A stretch of 23,413 nucleotides of DNA from Silvanigrellaceae bacterium (GTDB lineage Bacteria > Bdellovibrionota_B > Oligoflexia > Silvanigrellales > Silvanigrellaceae). A model generated the notes under the pieces. The model was not told the DNA's origin. It saw only the letters and a list, made by a program, of their open reading frames with translations, and made no database searches. Location of the stretch: assembly GCA_049423385.1 (NCBI GenBank), contig JBMSQQ010000057.1, positions 1 to 23,413 of the forward strand, in the 5' to 3' direction. Below are positions 1 through 7,558 of this stretch, piece after piece; the first letter of the stretch is position 1, and each line of letters starts with the position of its first letter. The translations under genes and the position numbers were made by a program.

Positions 1-66
1 TTGGGATTGCTCGATGGTGCTTATGATTTTAGGAAGCGTCTTGCCAAAACCCAATATGAGGTGTAG
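1..66 (+). CDS. 3' end of a probable DUF2232/YybS-family membrane protein (partial)
   Basis: Frame 1 reads LGLLDGAYDFRKRLAKTQYEV*. The G-x-x-D-x-x-x-D-F-R-K ending and the position just upstream of rplI fit the common rpsF-rpsR-DUF2232-rplI layout. Not in the ORF track. Confidence 0.7.
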   Translation: MGLLDGAYDFRKRLAKTQYEV

Positions 67-115
67 GCGGTTGTTTCGGTTTTCGGTTTGACGATTCACG
101 ACTGAGGTCAAACCC

Positions 116-562
116 ATGCAGGTTCTTCTTCAACAAAACGTTCCAAACCTTGGCCACATTGGCGACCTCGTTAAGGTCAAGCCTGGCTACGCACGCAATT
201 TTCTGTTTCCTCGCAAGCTCGCGATTCTTGCAGATTCGCGCAACAAGTCTCAGCTTGAGCATCAACTCCGCTTGGCGGAATTGGGCAAGGCCAAGGCTCT
301 TGCAACTGCAAAAGAGCTGGCGACCCAGATTGGCTCCGTGTCGCTCACAGTTCAAAAGGCTGTTGGTGAAGAAGACAAGATCTTCGGTACCGTGACAACT
401 CAGGAATTGGCAGACGCTTTCAAGGCCGAGGGCTTTGAGTTCGAACGTCGCGCCATCTCCATTCTGGACGACATCAAGCGCGTTGGCGTTTATCGCGGTT
501 CCGTCAAGCTGCACCCTGAAGTGGCTGCAGAATTCAAAATTTGGGTTGTTGCCCAAGGCTAA
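116..562 (+). CDS. rplI: 50S ribosomal protein L9
   Basis: 148 aa with the L9 signatures LGHIGDLVKVKPGYARNFLFP, KIFGTVT and IKRVGVY..VKLHPEV. GAGGT RBS at 104-108. Confidence 0.98.
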   Translation: MQVLLQQNVPNLGHIGDLVKVKPGYARNFLFPRKLAILADSRNKSQLEHQLRLAELGKAKALATAKELATQIGSVSLTVQKAVGEEDKIFGTVTTQELADAFKAEGFEFERRAISILDDIKRVGVYRGSVKLHPEVAAEFKIWVVAQG

Positions 563-597
563 AAACAGCACTTTTTCTTTCATGAATAGCTGTTTGT

Positions 598-636
598 AAA
601 TGCCGCCAGCCGTTTGGCTCGGCGGCATTTTCGTTT
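598..636 (+). terminator. Rho-independent terminator after rplI
   Basis: AAATGCCGCC (598-607) pairs with GGCGGCATTT (621-630). The inner stem is AGCC/GGCT with a GTTT loop, and the T-rich tail is TTTTCGTTT. Confidence 0.85.
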
Positions 637-646
637 CTGCGTCGAC

Positions 647-673
647 TCAAAGTTCCAACAATTGAGCCGATAC
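647..673 (+). promoter_or_regulatory. Putative sigma28 (FliA)-type promoter
   Basis: TCAAAGTT-N11-GCCGATAC versus the consensus TAAAGTTT-N11-GCCGATAA. It lies just after the rplI terminator and 7 nt before ATG 681. Confidence 0.6.
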
Positions 674-680
674 AACGAAT

Positions 681-1523
681 ATGAAACACGTCAATGAAGC
701 TCGAAAACATTACGATTCCGGCGACGGTCGCGGGGCTCTGCAGATCCTCGACAACCTGCTCGATTTGGCTCCCCGTAATCCAGAAGCCCTCAGAATGAAG
801 GCCAAAATCCTCGACTCCTGGGGGCATTTCGAAGAGTCTTATCAGACCCTTCTTGCACTTTCGCAGCTGCCAAACCCGTCGGACGAGGTCGTTCAGGAGA
901 TTGAGCAAAGAGCGACTGAAGAGCGTGAAGCCATACTTTTCAGTGAACTGACCTCAGAAGGGCGCTGGTATTACGCGTTTCCAGGCAGCCAACTGTGGGT
1001 GTCCATTGCCGGCCTCATGGGCTGTGCTTTCTTTTTAATCTCGAGCTCCCAGGTTAATTTTGCCAATGCCAATGAAGTCATGGCGATGGCCTTGTCTTTC
1101 TTTTTTCTTGTCCTTCTTCCGTCGATTCTGCTGGCAGTCATTCAGTTGAGTGGCATCAAGCGAATCATGGTCGGTCTGGCAGGCGTTCGGGTCTGTACGA
1201 GGTTCAGGGAGCAAACTTATCAATGGGACCAACTCAAGACGGCAGTCATTGAATTCGACCCTGATCCGCGCGTGGATTTTTTGAAATTGAAGCTCTATGC
1301 CCACGGAGAAGGCAAAGAGCCGGTGTTGAATCTGGATATTTCCCGCGGGAAGTGTGTTGTGCGGGCACGCAGGCACTTCCTCAAGAACATTGTGACCCAC
1401 ATCGACAACGTCTGCTACATCTCGCGCCCGGAGGGCCTCATTTCGCGGGATGCCGCGTCTGTGGTTCAAACTGCGGTCGAGAAGGAAACACCCGATTCGT
1501 TGCAGCCTCCGCGCGCCGGATGA
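681..1523 (+). CDS. TPR-containing inner-membrane protein (N-terminal TPR, two TM helices, PH-like C-terminal region)
   Basis: TPR pattern ALQILDNLLDLAPRNPEALRMKAKILDSWGHFEES. Two hydrophobic segments (LWVSIAGLMGCAFFLI and MALSFFFLVLLPSILLAVI). The beta-rich segment IMVGLAGVRV..EQTYQWDQL resembles bacterial PH domains (inference). Confidence 0.75.
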   Translation: MKHVNEARKHYDSGDGRGALQILDNLLDLAPRNPEALRMKAKILDSWGHFEESYQTLLALSQLPNPSDEVVQEIEQRATEEREAILFSELTSEGRWYYAFPGSQLWVSIAGLMGCAFFLISSSQVNFANANEVMAMALSFFFLVLLPSILLAVIQLSGIKRIMVGLAGVRVCTRFREQTYQWDQLKTAVIEFDPDPRVDFLKLKLYAHGEGKEPVLNLDISRGKCVVRARRHFLKNIVTHIDNVCYISRPEGLISRDAASVVQTAVEKETPDSLQPPRAG

Positions 1524-1617
1524 GTTTCAAACTCCCCGAATTTTGCCAGATTCACTTGTTGTGGCTGCCATCCCTCTGGCACTCTCCGGATTCCCTCAAA
1601 AAGAGTCCGGAGAATCC

Positions 1618-1902
1618 ATGGAAAGCGGCAATCTGTCTGTTTTGACTTTGGTGAAATTTATAAAAAACGCACGTGTCGAGGACTCGCAAAACCTGCTGAG
1701 CTCGCTGTTGACGCCATCCGAGATCGATGCGCTTGCACAGCGTCTCGACATCCTGGATGGCTTGGCCAACGGCACTCCTCAACGTGAAATTTCGGAAACG
1801 TTGGGTGTTGGGATTGCCACTGTGACACGCGGAAGCAGGGTCTGGCAGAAAGAGAAGCAGCTTCTGCAGGGTTATTTTCCGCGAGCCAAAAAATTCACTT
1901 GA
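1618..1902 (+). CDS. TrpR/YerC-family transcriptional repressor (94 aa)
   Basis: LLTPSEIDALAQRL...PQREISETLGVGIATVTRGSR matches the Trp-repressor HTH signature. Start moved from the ORF-track 1450 to ATG 1618, which has GGAG at 1609-1612. Confidence 0.9.
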   Translation: MESGNLSVLTLVKFIKNARVEDSQNLLSSLLTPSEIDALAQRLDILDGLANGTPQREISETLGVGIATVTRGSRVWQKEKQLLQGYFPRAKKFT

Positions 1903-2353
1903 GGTCTGTGAGTTTCCGGAAAGTGGGTTGCGAGACAACGCTGTCGACCGCCGCGGTTTTTGATTTCTTCGCAATGACCTCAAACAAAGAGATGAAGTTG
2001 TTTCCATCCTGCCGGTCTTTCTCGAAATTGATGGTTGCTTTTTGATTGTTGGCAATATTCAAAAGAAAATTCCCGTTGTGCACGGTCTTGTTGCCGCCAT
2101 TCGTTTCGGCAGTGCTGACGGTCACGTCGAGTGTCAGTGAACTGTTGAGCTCGTTTGCAACGACATCAATTTGAGTCTTTTTGTTCGCTGTTTCCTCGAT
2201 GATTGAAGCTTTTTCGCCTTCGACAACGAGGAGCCTTGGTGCCGATATTTCCTTGCCATCGGCCATCAACCGAACCTGGAGGTCGTACTGATTCTTTGCG
2301 CATGCTCCCAGGAACAACATTGCGGAAACACTGGCTGTAAATCTGTTCAACAT
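1895..2353 (-). CDS. Hypothetical lipoprotein (152 aa), beta-rich
   Basis: A strong GGAGGTGA RBS precedes ATG 2353. Signal peptide with lipobox LGA-C. The longer ORF-track start (2572) overlaps nadE and was rejected. Confidence 0.75.
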   Translation of the reverse strand: MLNRFTASVSAMLFLGACAKNQYDLQVRLMADGKEISAPRLLVVEGEKASIIEETANKKTQIDVVANELNSSLTLDVTVSTAETNGGNKTVHNGNFLLNIANNQKATINFEKDRQDGNNFISLFEVIAKKSKTAAVDSVVSQPTFRKLTDLK

Positions 2354-2448
2354 ATTCACCTCCCGGGCTGAAAAAGTTCGCCCTGAGGTGATTTTCTGTT
2401 GGAGAGATGTTTGCGTCAAATTTGGTTTTTTGACGTGGTGATGACTTT

Positions 2449-4305
2449 TTACCGTTGCGTGAAAAGACCTATTGCTTCGCGATGATCGAAACCAAATGAA
2501 CGCCGTGTGACTGCCAGGACAGGTGGTGCCTGGACACGCTTGAATGCACCCGAACGGCAATAGGCATTCCACCAGCGTGTGAGGTCCGCAATGAATTCTT
2601 CACGGGAATTGAACAACTGATCAAGGTGACGGCTCGCATCTGGTCCTATGAGTGCTTTCAGTGAACCGCTGTCCCACGCTGCCAACGTGCTTTCAAAATC
2701 AAATCGATTCCACTCTTCGATCCACAACCGGAAAAGCGCATCGTGGTAGGGATAACACAACGGATCGCCTTTGCCTTTGTTCACGTCCTGAGCGGCCGAC
2801 AACTCCGCGCTTGGAACAACCGACATCGTTTCCTCTGGTATCAGCGGAGTGCCAAAGACGACCGAATTGTAATGCGCAGAAAGTGCATAGACATCTTGTT
2901 TCCAGAGGTCTGCAATCGGGGCAAGATAGCCAGCATGGTCTCCGTAAAGAGTTGAATATCCCACCGTCAATTCAGACTTGTTTGCATTGCAGGGAAACAC
3001 CGCCCCGAGTGCAGACGAGAGTCCTGCCACGATTCTTGAGCCGCGATCGCGCGCCTGGATGTTCTCGCCAACAAGGGATGGCAATTGTTCTGGAATGGGC
3101 ATTCCCTGTGTTCGTGCGTCGTCGATTTGTCTCAGGGTCAGAGCCACTGCTTCTTCAATCCCGAGGGAAGCGAATTTGCAACCCAGGTTCACTGCCAACT
3201 TCCGTGCCGCGCCGATCGTAAGCGGTGAATTGAAGCGTGAAGGCATATTGACGCAGAACACATTTTCAGCGCCAAAAACGCGGGTGTGAATTGCAGCCGA
3301 AAGTGCCGAATCCACGCCACCACTGACACCCACAACAACGCGTTCGAGATTCCATTCCTCTCTGATGAATCCCAGTCCGCTTTCCAATGCGAGGCGCATT
3401 TCCTCGATCCGCGCGAGCGATGTTTGCATTCTTTGTTCGGTTTTTTCAGTCCTTGCATTTGAATTTCCAGCGACGATGGTCCCGACCGAGTTCTCGAATG
3501 CGCGCGCAACGGGCGTGAATTGGTTTGATGTGTAAATCCCGCTGTCGCCGTCGAAAGTGAAAATAGTTTTGCCAACGTTCTGGGTGCCAACTCCGTTGAC
3601 GTACACGACAGGGCAATTGTGGGTTTGGGCAATCCGGGTGAAAAGCTTTTTGCGCCGCTCGCTCTTCCCCAACGTGAATGGGGAACAGCTGATGTTGATC
3701 AGCAAATCGGCTTTCATTCCTTTTGAGAAAAGGAGGTCATAGGGTTTGTCTGAGTAGTCATCTGCCCAGGCATCCTCGCAGACGCCAATTCCGGTTTGAA
3801 CCGTTCTGCCGCTGGCCAAGGGGATGGCCACAGGGCGAAGGAGGCTTGCCAAGGGAACACCACGCTCGGCAGCAAGTTTTCTAAGATCGAAGAAATGCCT
3901 GGAGTCGTCGAATTCCCTGTAATTGGGCATCAGCGTTTTGGGCCAGAATGGCAAACTCAAGACTGGGTTGATGAGCAATTGTCCCCGGTGCGCGATGAAG
4001 GCGGCATTGTATTTACGAACCCGTCCATCTTCATTGCGTGCATTTGAATCAATTCCCACGCTGCCGAAAACAACCGGAGTATCGCCGCTCAGGGCCGCAA
4101 TGCGTCGTGTGTATTCTTCGCATCGCTCCAAAAACGACGGACGTTCCCAGGCATCGCCAAGGAAATATCCAGGAAGTGCCATCTCGGGACAGACAAGCAG
4201 ATCGGCTTGATCGGCTTGTGCTTGCGCGATCGCACTTTCAATGGCCAAAAAGTTTTCTTCCAGCGCCGCCGCTTTGATGCGAGTCTGGGCGATGCAGATG
4301 CGCAT
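2449..4305 (-). CDS. nadE: Glutamine-dependent NAD+ synthetase
   Basis: N-terminal CN-hydrolase domain with the E-K-C triad (CPEMALPGY, PKTLMPNYREFD, GVCEDAW). Synthetase domain motifs SGGVDS, ENIQARDR, NKSELTVGYSTLYGD, PSAEL and FKRVQAPP. GGAGGGG RBS. Confidence 0.97.
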   Translation of the reverse strand: MRICIAQTRIKAAALEENFLAIESAIAQAQADQADLLVCPEMALPGYFLGDAWERPSFLERCEEYTRRIAALSGDTPVVFGSVGIDSNARNEDGRVRKYNAAFIAHRGQLLINPVLSLPFWPKTLMPNYREFDDSRHFFDLRKLAAERGVPLASLLRPVAIPLASGRTVQTGIGVCEDAWADDYSDKPYDLLFSKGMKADLLINISCSPFTLGKSERRKKLFTRIAQTHNCPVVYVNGVGTQNVGKTIFTFDGDSGIYTSNQFTPVARAFENSVGTIVAGNSNARTEKTEQRMQTSLARIEEMRLALESGLGFIREEWNLERVVVGVSGGVDSALSAAIHTRVFGAENVFCVNMPSRFNSPLTIGAARKLAVNLGCKFASLGIEEAVALTLRQIDDARTQGMPIPEQLPSLVGENIQARDRGSRIVAGLSSALGAVFPCNANKSELTVGYSTLYGDHAGYLAPIADLWKQDVYALSAHYNSVVFGTPLIPEETMSVVPSAELSAAQDVNKGKGDPLCYPYHDALFRLWIEEWNRFDFESTLAAWDSGSLKALIGPDASRHLDQLFNSREEFIADLTRWWNAYCRSGAFKRVQAPPVLAVTRRSFGFDHREAIGLFTQR

Positions 4306-4443
4306 GAATTGCCCCTCCGGAGTGCAGTCTATAGGCGTGTCTCTTGAAATTTCCCGACTCTAGTGACATACCAGATGTGTCTTCATGTTCATAAACCAGT
4401 GCGCTGGCCTTCAGACTGTCTGAGGAGTCTTACAGGAGTTCCC

Positions 4444-5601
4444 ATGATCATGCACAGCCCTTGTTCCCGTCGCAATTTGTTGTCCTCCGTCACTTTGGCC
4501 ATTTGTGCTTTGGGCCTTGGCATGCCAGTCGCTGCTCTTGGAGCTGTCGCTGAAGTGAAAGTGGGAGTGATCCTTCCACTGACAGGTGACAAGGCGACCT
4601 TCGGCCAGGAATCACTGAACGGCTTGAAACTGGCTCTCGACAAGGCAGGCAAGGATTCTCCACAGGTCAAGTTGCAGGTGGAAGACACCCAGGGAACCCC
4701 ATCGGGTTCTGCAGCTGCCGTCAACAAGTTGATCTCGACAGACAAGGTCAACGTCATCATCGGTGAAGTGGCGAGTTCCAACACCATCGCGGCCTCCACG
4801 GCAGCCCAATCGGCGAAGATTCCATTGATGACCCATGCGTCGACCAACGACACCATCACTCTTGGCAAAGACTTCATTTCGCGCATTTGCTTTGTGGACA
4901 GCTTTCAAGGAGCGGTGATGGCAAAATTTGCGATCACCACCCTCAAGGCAAAAACAGCGGCGATTCTTGTCGACTCCGATTCCGACTACAGCCGCGGTTT
5001 GCGTGATTCCTTCAAGAAGGCTTTCATTGCAGCGGGTGGTTCAATCAAGGATGAATTGGTTATCTCGTACTCCCAGAAAGACCGCGACTTCAAGACTCAG
5101 CTCATCAAGGTTCGCAAGGCCACTCCAGACGTTGTGTTCATTCCTGGCTACTACACCCAGGTGGGCTCAATTCTTCGTCAGGCAAAAGAATTGAAACTGA
5201 ACACCAAGTTTTTGGGCACGGATGGCTGGGATAGCCCCGACCTGTTCAAGATTGCCGGGCCGGCTGCTGCATCAGGGCACTACGTTTCGAGTCACTTTGC
5301 AGCCGACGACACGGACCCGCGCGTTCAGGATTTTGTTCGTGAATACAAGACCCGCAACAAGGAGAATCCAGGAGCCATGGCAGCACTTGGATACGATGCC
5401 GGATTTTTTATGCGGGCCGCGGTCAAAAAGGCTGGATCGAACGAGCCTGCAAAGATTCGTGATGCCATCGCCAGCATGAAGAATTTCGACGGAATCACGG
5501 GAACAATCACACTGGACGCAAATCGCAATGCGGTGAAGCCCGCGGTGATTGTTCAAACAACCGAGAAGGAATTCAAGTTCCTCACACGCGTCAATCCGTA
5601 A
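4444..5601 (+). CDS. HAAT (LivJ/LivK-like) ABC transporter periplasmic substrate-binding protein
   Basis: Motifs VKVGVILPLTG, IIGEVASS, RICFVDSFQG, DFKTQL, LGTDGWD, GYDA and FDGITGTITLD. AGGAG RBS at 4434-4438 supports ATG 4444. Signal peptide present. Confidence 0.93.
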   Translation: MIMHSPCSRRNLLSSVTLAICALGLGMPVAALGAVAEVKVGVILPLTGDKATFGQESLNGLKLALDKAGKDSPQVKLQVEDTQGTPSGSAAAVNKLISTDKVNVIIGEVASSNTIAASTAAQSAKIPLMTHASTNDTITLGKDFISRICFVDSFQGAVMAKFAITTLKAKTAAILVDSDSDYSRGLRDSFKKAFIAAGGSIKDELVISYSQKDRDFKTQLIKVRKATPDVVFIPGYYTQVGSILRQAKELKLNTKFLGTDGWDSPDLFKIAGPAAASGHYVSSHFAADDTDPRVQDFVREYKTRNKENPGAMAALGYDAGFFMRAAVKKAGSNEPAKIRDAIASMKNFDGITGTITLDANRNAVKPAVIVQTTEKEFKFLTRVNP

Positions 5602-5624
5602 TCAAGTTTTTCTCAACTGCATCG

Positions 5625-5657
5625 CGGGGAGGACTTTCGCACTGAAAGTCTTCCCCG
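5625..5657 (+). promoter_or_regulatory. Intercistronic 14-bp stem-loop between the binding-protein and permease genes
   Basis: CGGGGAGGACTTTC-GCACT-GAAAGTCTTCCCCG, with one G-U pair and no clean U-tract. This fits an mRNA-stabilising or partial-termination hairpin. Confidence 0.7.
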
Positions 5658-5690
5658 TCGTTGTTGCTTGGACAGTGGAGTGATGTTCTG

Positions 5691-6638
5691 GTGTTCGACC
5701 TTATTCAGTATCTAGTCGATGGTCTGGCGGTGGGGAGTGTCTATGCTCTTATTGCCTTGGGCTATTCGATGGTGTTCGGCGTTCTGCAGTTGGTAAATTT
5801 TGCTCATGGCGAATTGTTTATGGTGGGTGCGTACTTTGTAATGTATGCCATCTCACTTGGCCTGCCGTGGCCGACCGCGCTTTTTCTGGGCATGGTCTTT
5901 GTTGGACTCTTCGCTGTCATCATGGAGCGTCTCTGTTACAAGCCATTGCGAGGCGCAGGAAAGTTGGCCCCACTCATTACAGCGGTTGGATTGAGTCTGC
6001 TCCTGCAAAATCTTGTTCAGGCTGTTTTGGGCCCGAACCCTCAAAGTTATCCTGTTCAACTGCCTGAAACTGGCATTGTCAGCATCCTTGGAGCATTCCA
6101 GTCCAACCCGGACCAACTCGTCCTTCCCCAACTTCCGGAAGGGCTTATAGATTGGGAAAATCTTGTCATTCGTCACCGTGACGTGCTGATTTTTGGAGTT
6201 GCGGTTGGTGTGACTCTCGCGCTCGAACTTTTCCTGCGCAAAACCCGGCCGGGCCGAGGAATTCGTGCCCTGGCGCTGCAACCCAATGCCGCCCGGTTGG
6301 TGGGTGTTCCATTCGATTTCACAATTTCCCTCACGTTTTTTATTGGTGCTGCGCTTGCGGTTGTGGCTGGGCTTCTGCAGGGAATGGCCGACAACCAGGT
6401 CACTCCCTACATGGGAATCACAAGCGGCCTGAAAGCGTTTGCCGCGGCAGTTCTCGGTGGCATTGGCGTGATTCCGGGTGCACTGGTGGGTGGGCTTGTG
6501 CTCGGTATCGCTGAGCGACTTCTGGTTGGCTATGACTTGTCCACGTACAAGGATGGCGCAGCCTTCTTCATCCTGATTCTTGTCTTGTTGCTGCGACCGC
6601 AAGGATTGTTGGGCAAAGCCAGAATGGTGAAGGTGTGA
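5691..6638 (+). CDS. livH: Branched-chain amino acid-type ABC transporter permease
   Basis: GSVYALIALGYSMVFGVLQLVNFAHGE and GLKAFAAAVLGGIG. GTG 5691 with GGAG at 5677-5680 preferred over TTG 5661. Confidence 0.93.
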   Translation: MFDLIQYLVDGLAVGSVYALIALGYSMVFGVLQLVNFAHGELFMVGAYFVMYAISLGLPWPTALFLGMVFVGLFAVIMERLCYKPLRGAGKLAPLITAVGLSLLLQNLVQAVLGPNPQSYPVQLPETGIVSILGAFQSNPDQLVLPQLPEGLIDWENLVIRHRDVLIFGVAVGVTLALELFLRKTRPGRGIRALALQPNAARLVGVPFDFTISLTFFIGAALAVVAGLLQGMADNQVTPYMGITSGLKAFAAAVLGGIGVIPGALVGGLVLGIAERLLVGYDLSTYKDGAAFFILILVLLLRPQGLLGKARMVKV

Positions 6639-7558
6639 TGATGGAACAATTGATTGAGTATTCGATTCTTCCGCTCATGCTCTTCGGTATCACTGCAATT
6701 CAGGCACTCGGCTTGCAGCTGATTCTCGGGGGAGCTGGCTTGTTGTCCCTGGGGCATGCTGCTTTCTACGCTGTTGGTGGCTATTGCGCCGCAACATTCA
6801 CTGTCTACGCTGCACCGTTGATGGGAATTTCTCATCCATTCATCCTGATGTTGTTTGCTTTGGTGGTGGGTGGCCTCTCGGCTATGCTGGCGGGACTTCT
6901 GGTTGCGGTTCCCTGTTTGCGTTTGCAGGGGGATTATCTTGCAATGGCAACCCTTGGCTTTGCTGAAATTCTAGGAACAGTTCTCAAGAACATCGATGCC
7001 GTGGGAGGCACCCGTGGCTTCACCGGTATCCCGAAATTGAGTTCGCTCGTTTGGGTTTTTCTTGTTCTGGCAGTTGTCTGGTTTTTGCTTTCGAGATTCC
7101 GCCGGACAGGCTTGGGCATGGCCATTCAGGCGACGCGTGACGATGAAATCGCTGCCCGCAGTTTGGGAATCAATACTTACAACAGCAAGTTGTCTGCATT
7201 TGTCATCGGCTCCGCGATTGCTGGTGTTGCGGGTGCTCTTTATGTCCACGCGCTGCAATTCATCAGTCCCGACGAAGCCGACTTTTCGCGCAGCGTGATC
7301 ATCGTTTTGGCAGTTGTGATTGGCGGCATGACAAGCCTGTTTGGCAGCGTTCTGGGCGCCCTTATTCTTGTGGCGGTGCCTGAAGTGCTGCGTTTCGCGC
7401 CTGATGCAATTCGCGAACAGCGCATGATTTATTTTGCTCTCATCGTGATTTTTGTGATGCTCTTCAGCCCCAAGGGATTGCAGTCCCTGTTTGCCCAATC
7501 GTTGCCCTCGCGGCGCAAATTTTCGTCGTCCTCTGGCACAGATACGGGAGGGAAGTGA
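6635..7558 (+). CDS. livM: Branched-chain amino acid-type ABC transporter permease
   Basis: GLLSLGHAAFYAVGGY, LRLQGDYLAMATLGFAEI, AIQATRDDEIAARSLGI and VVIGGM. Start overlaps the livH stop (GTG 6635 or ATG 6638). Confidence 0.93.
   Translation: MMMEQLIEYSILPLMLFGITAIQALGLQLILGGAGLLSLGHAAFYAVGGYCAATFTVYAAPLMGISHPFILMLFALVVGGLSAMLAGLLVAVPCLRLQGDYLAMATLGFAEILGTVLKNIDAVGGTRGFTGIPKLSSLVWVFLVLAVVWFLLSRFRRTGLGMAIQATRDDEIAARSLGINTYNSKLSAFVIGSAIAGVAGALYVHALQFISPDEADFSRSVIIVLAVVIGGMTSLFGSVLGALILVAVPEVLRFAPDAIREQRMIYFALIVIFVMLFSPKGLQSLFAQSLPSRRKFSSSSGTDTGGK

Noticed and set aside
1450..1617. N-terminal extension of the TrpR ORF, or a frameshift fusion with the upstream gene
   Set aside because: It overlaps the previous CDS, the homology begins near ATG 1618 which has its own RBS, and I saw no slippery site.
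4350..4370. CTAGT as an E. coli-type trp operator
   Set aside because: Only a partial half-site, without the GTACTAGTTAACTAGTAC dyad.
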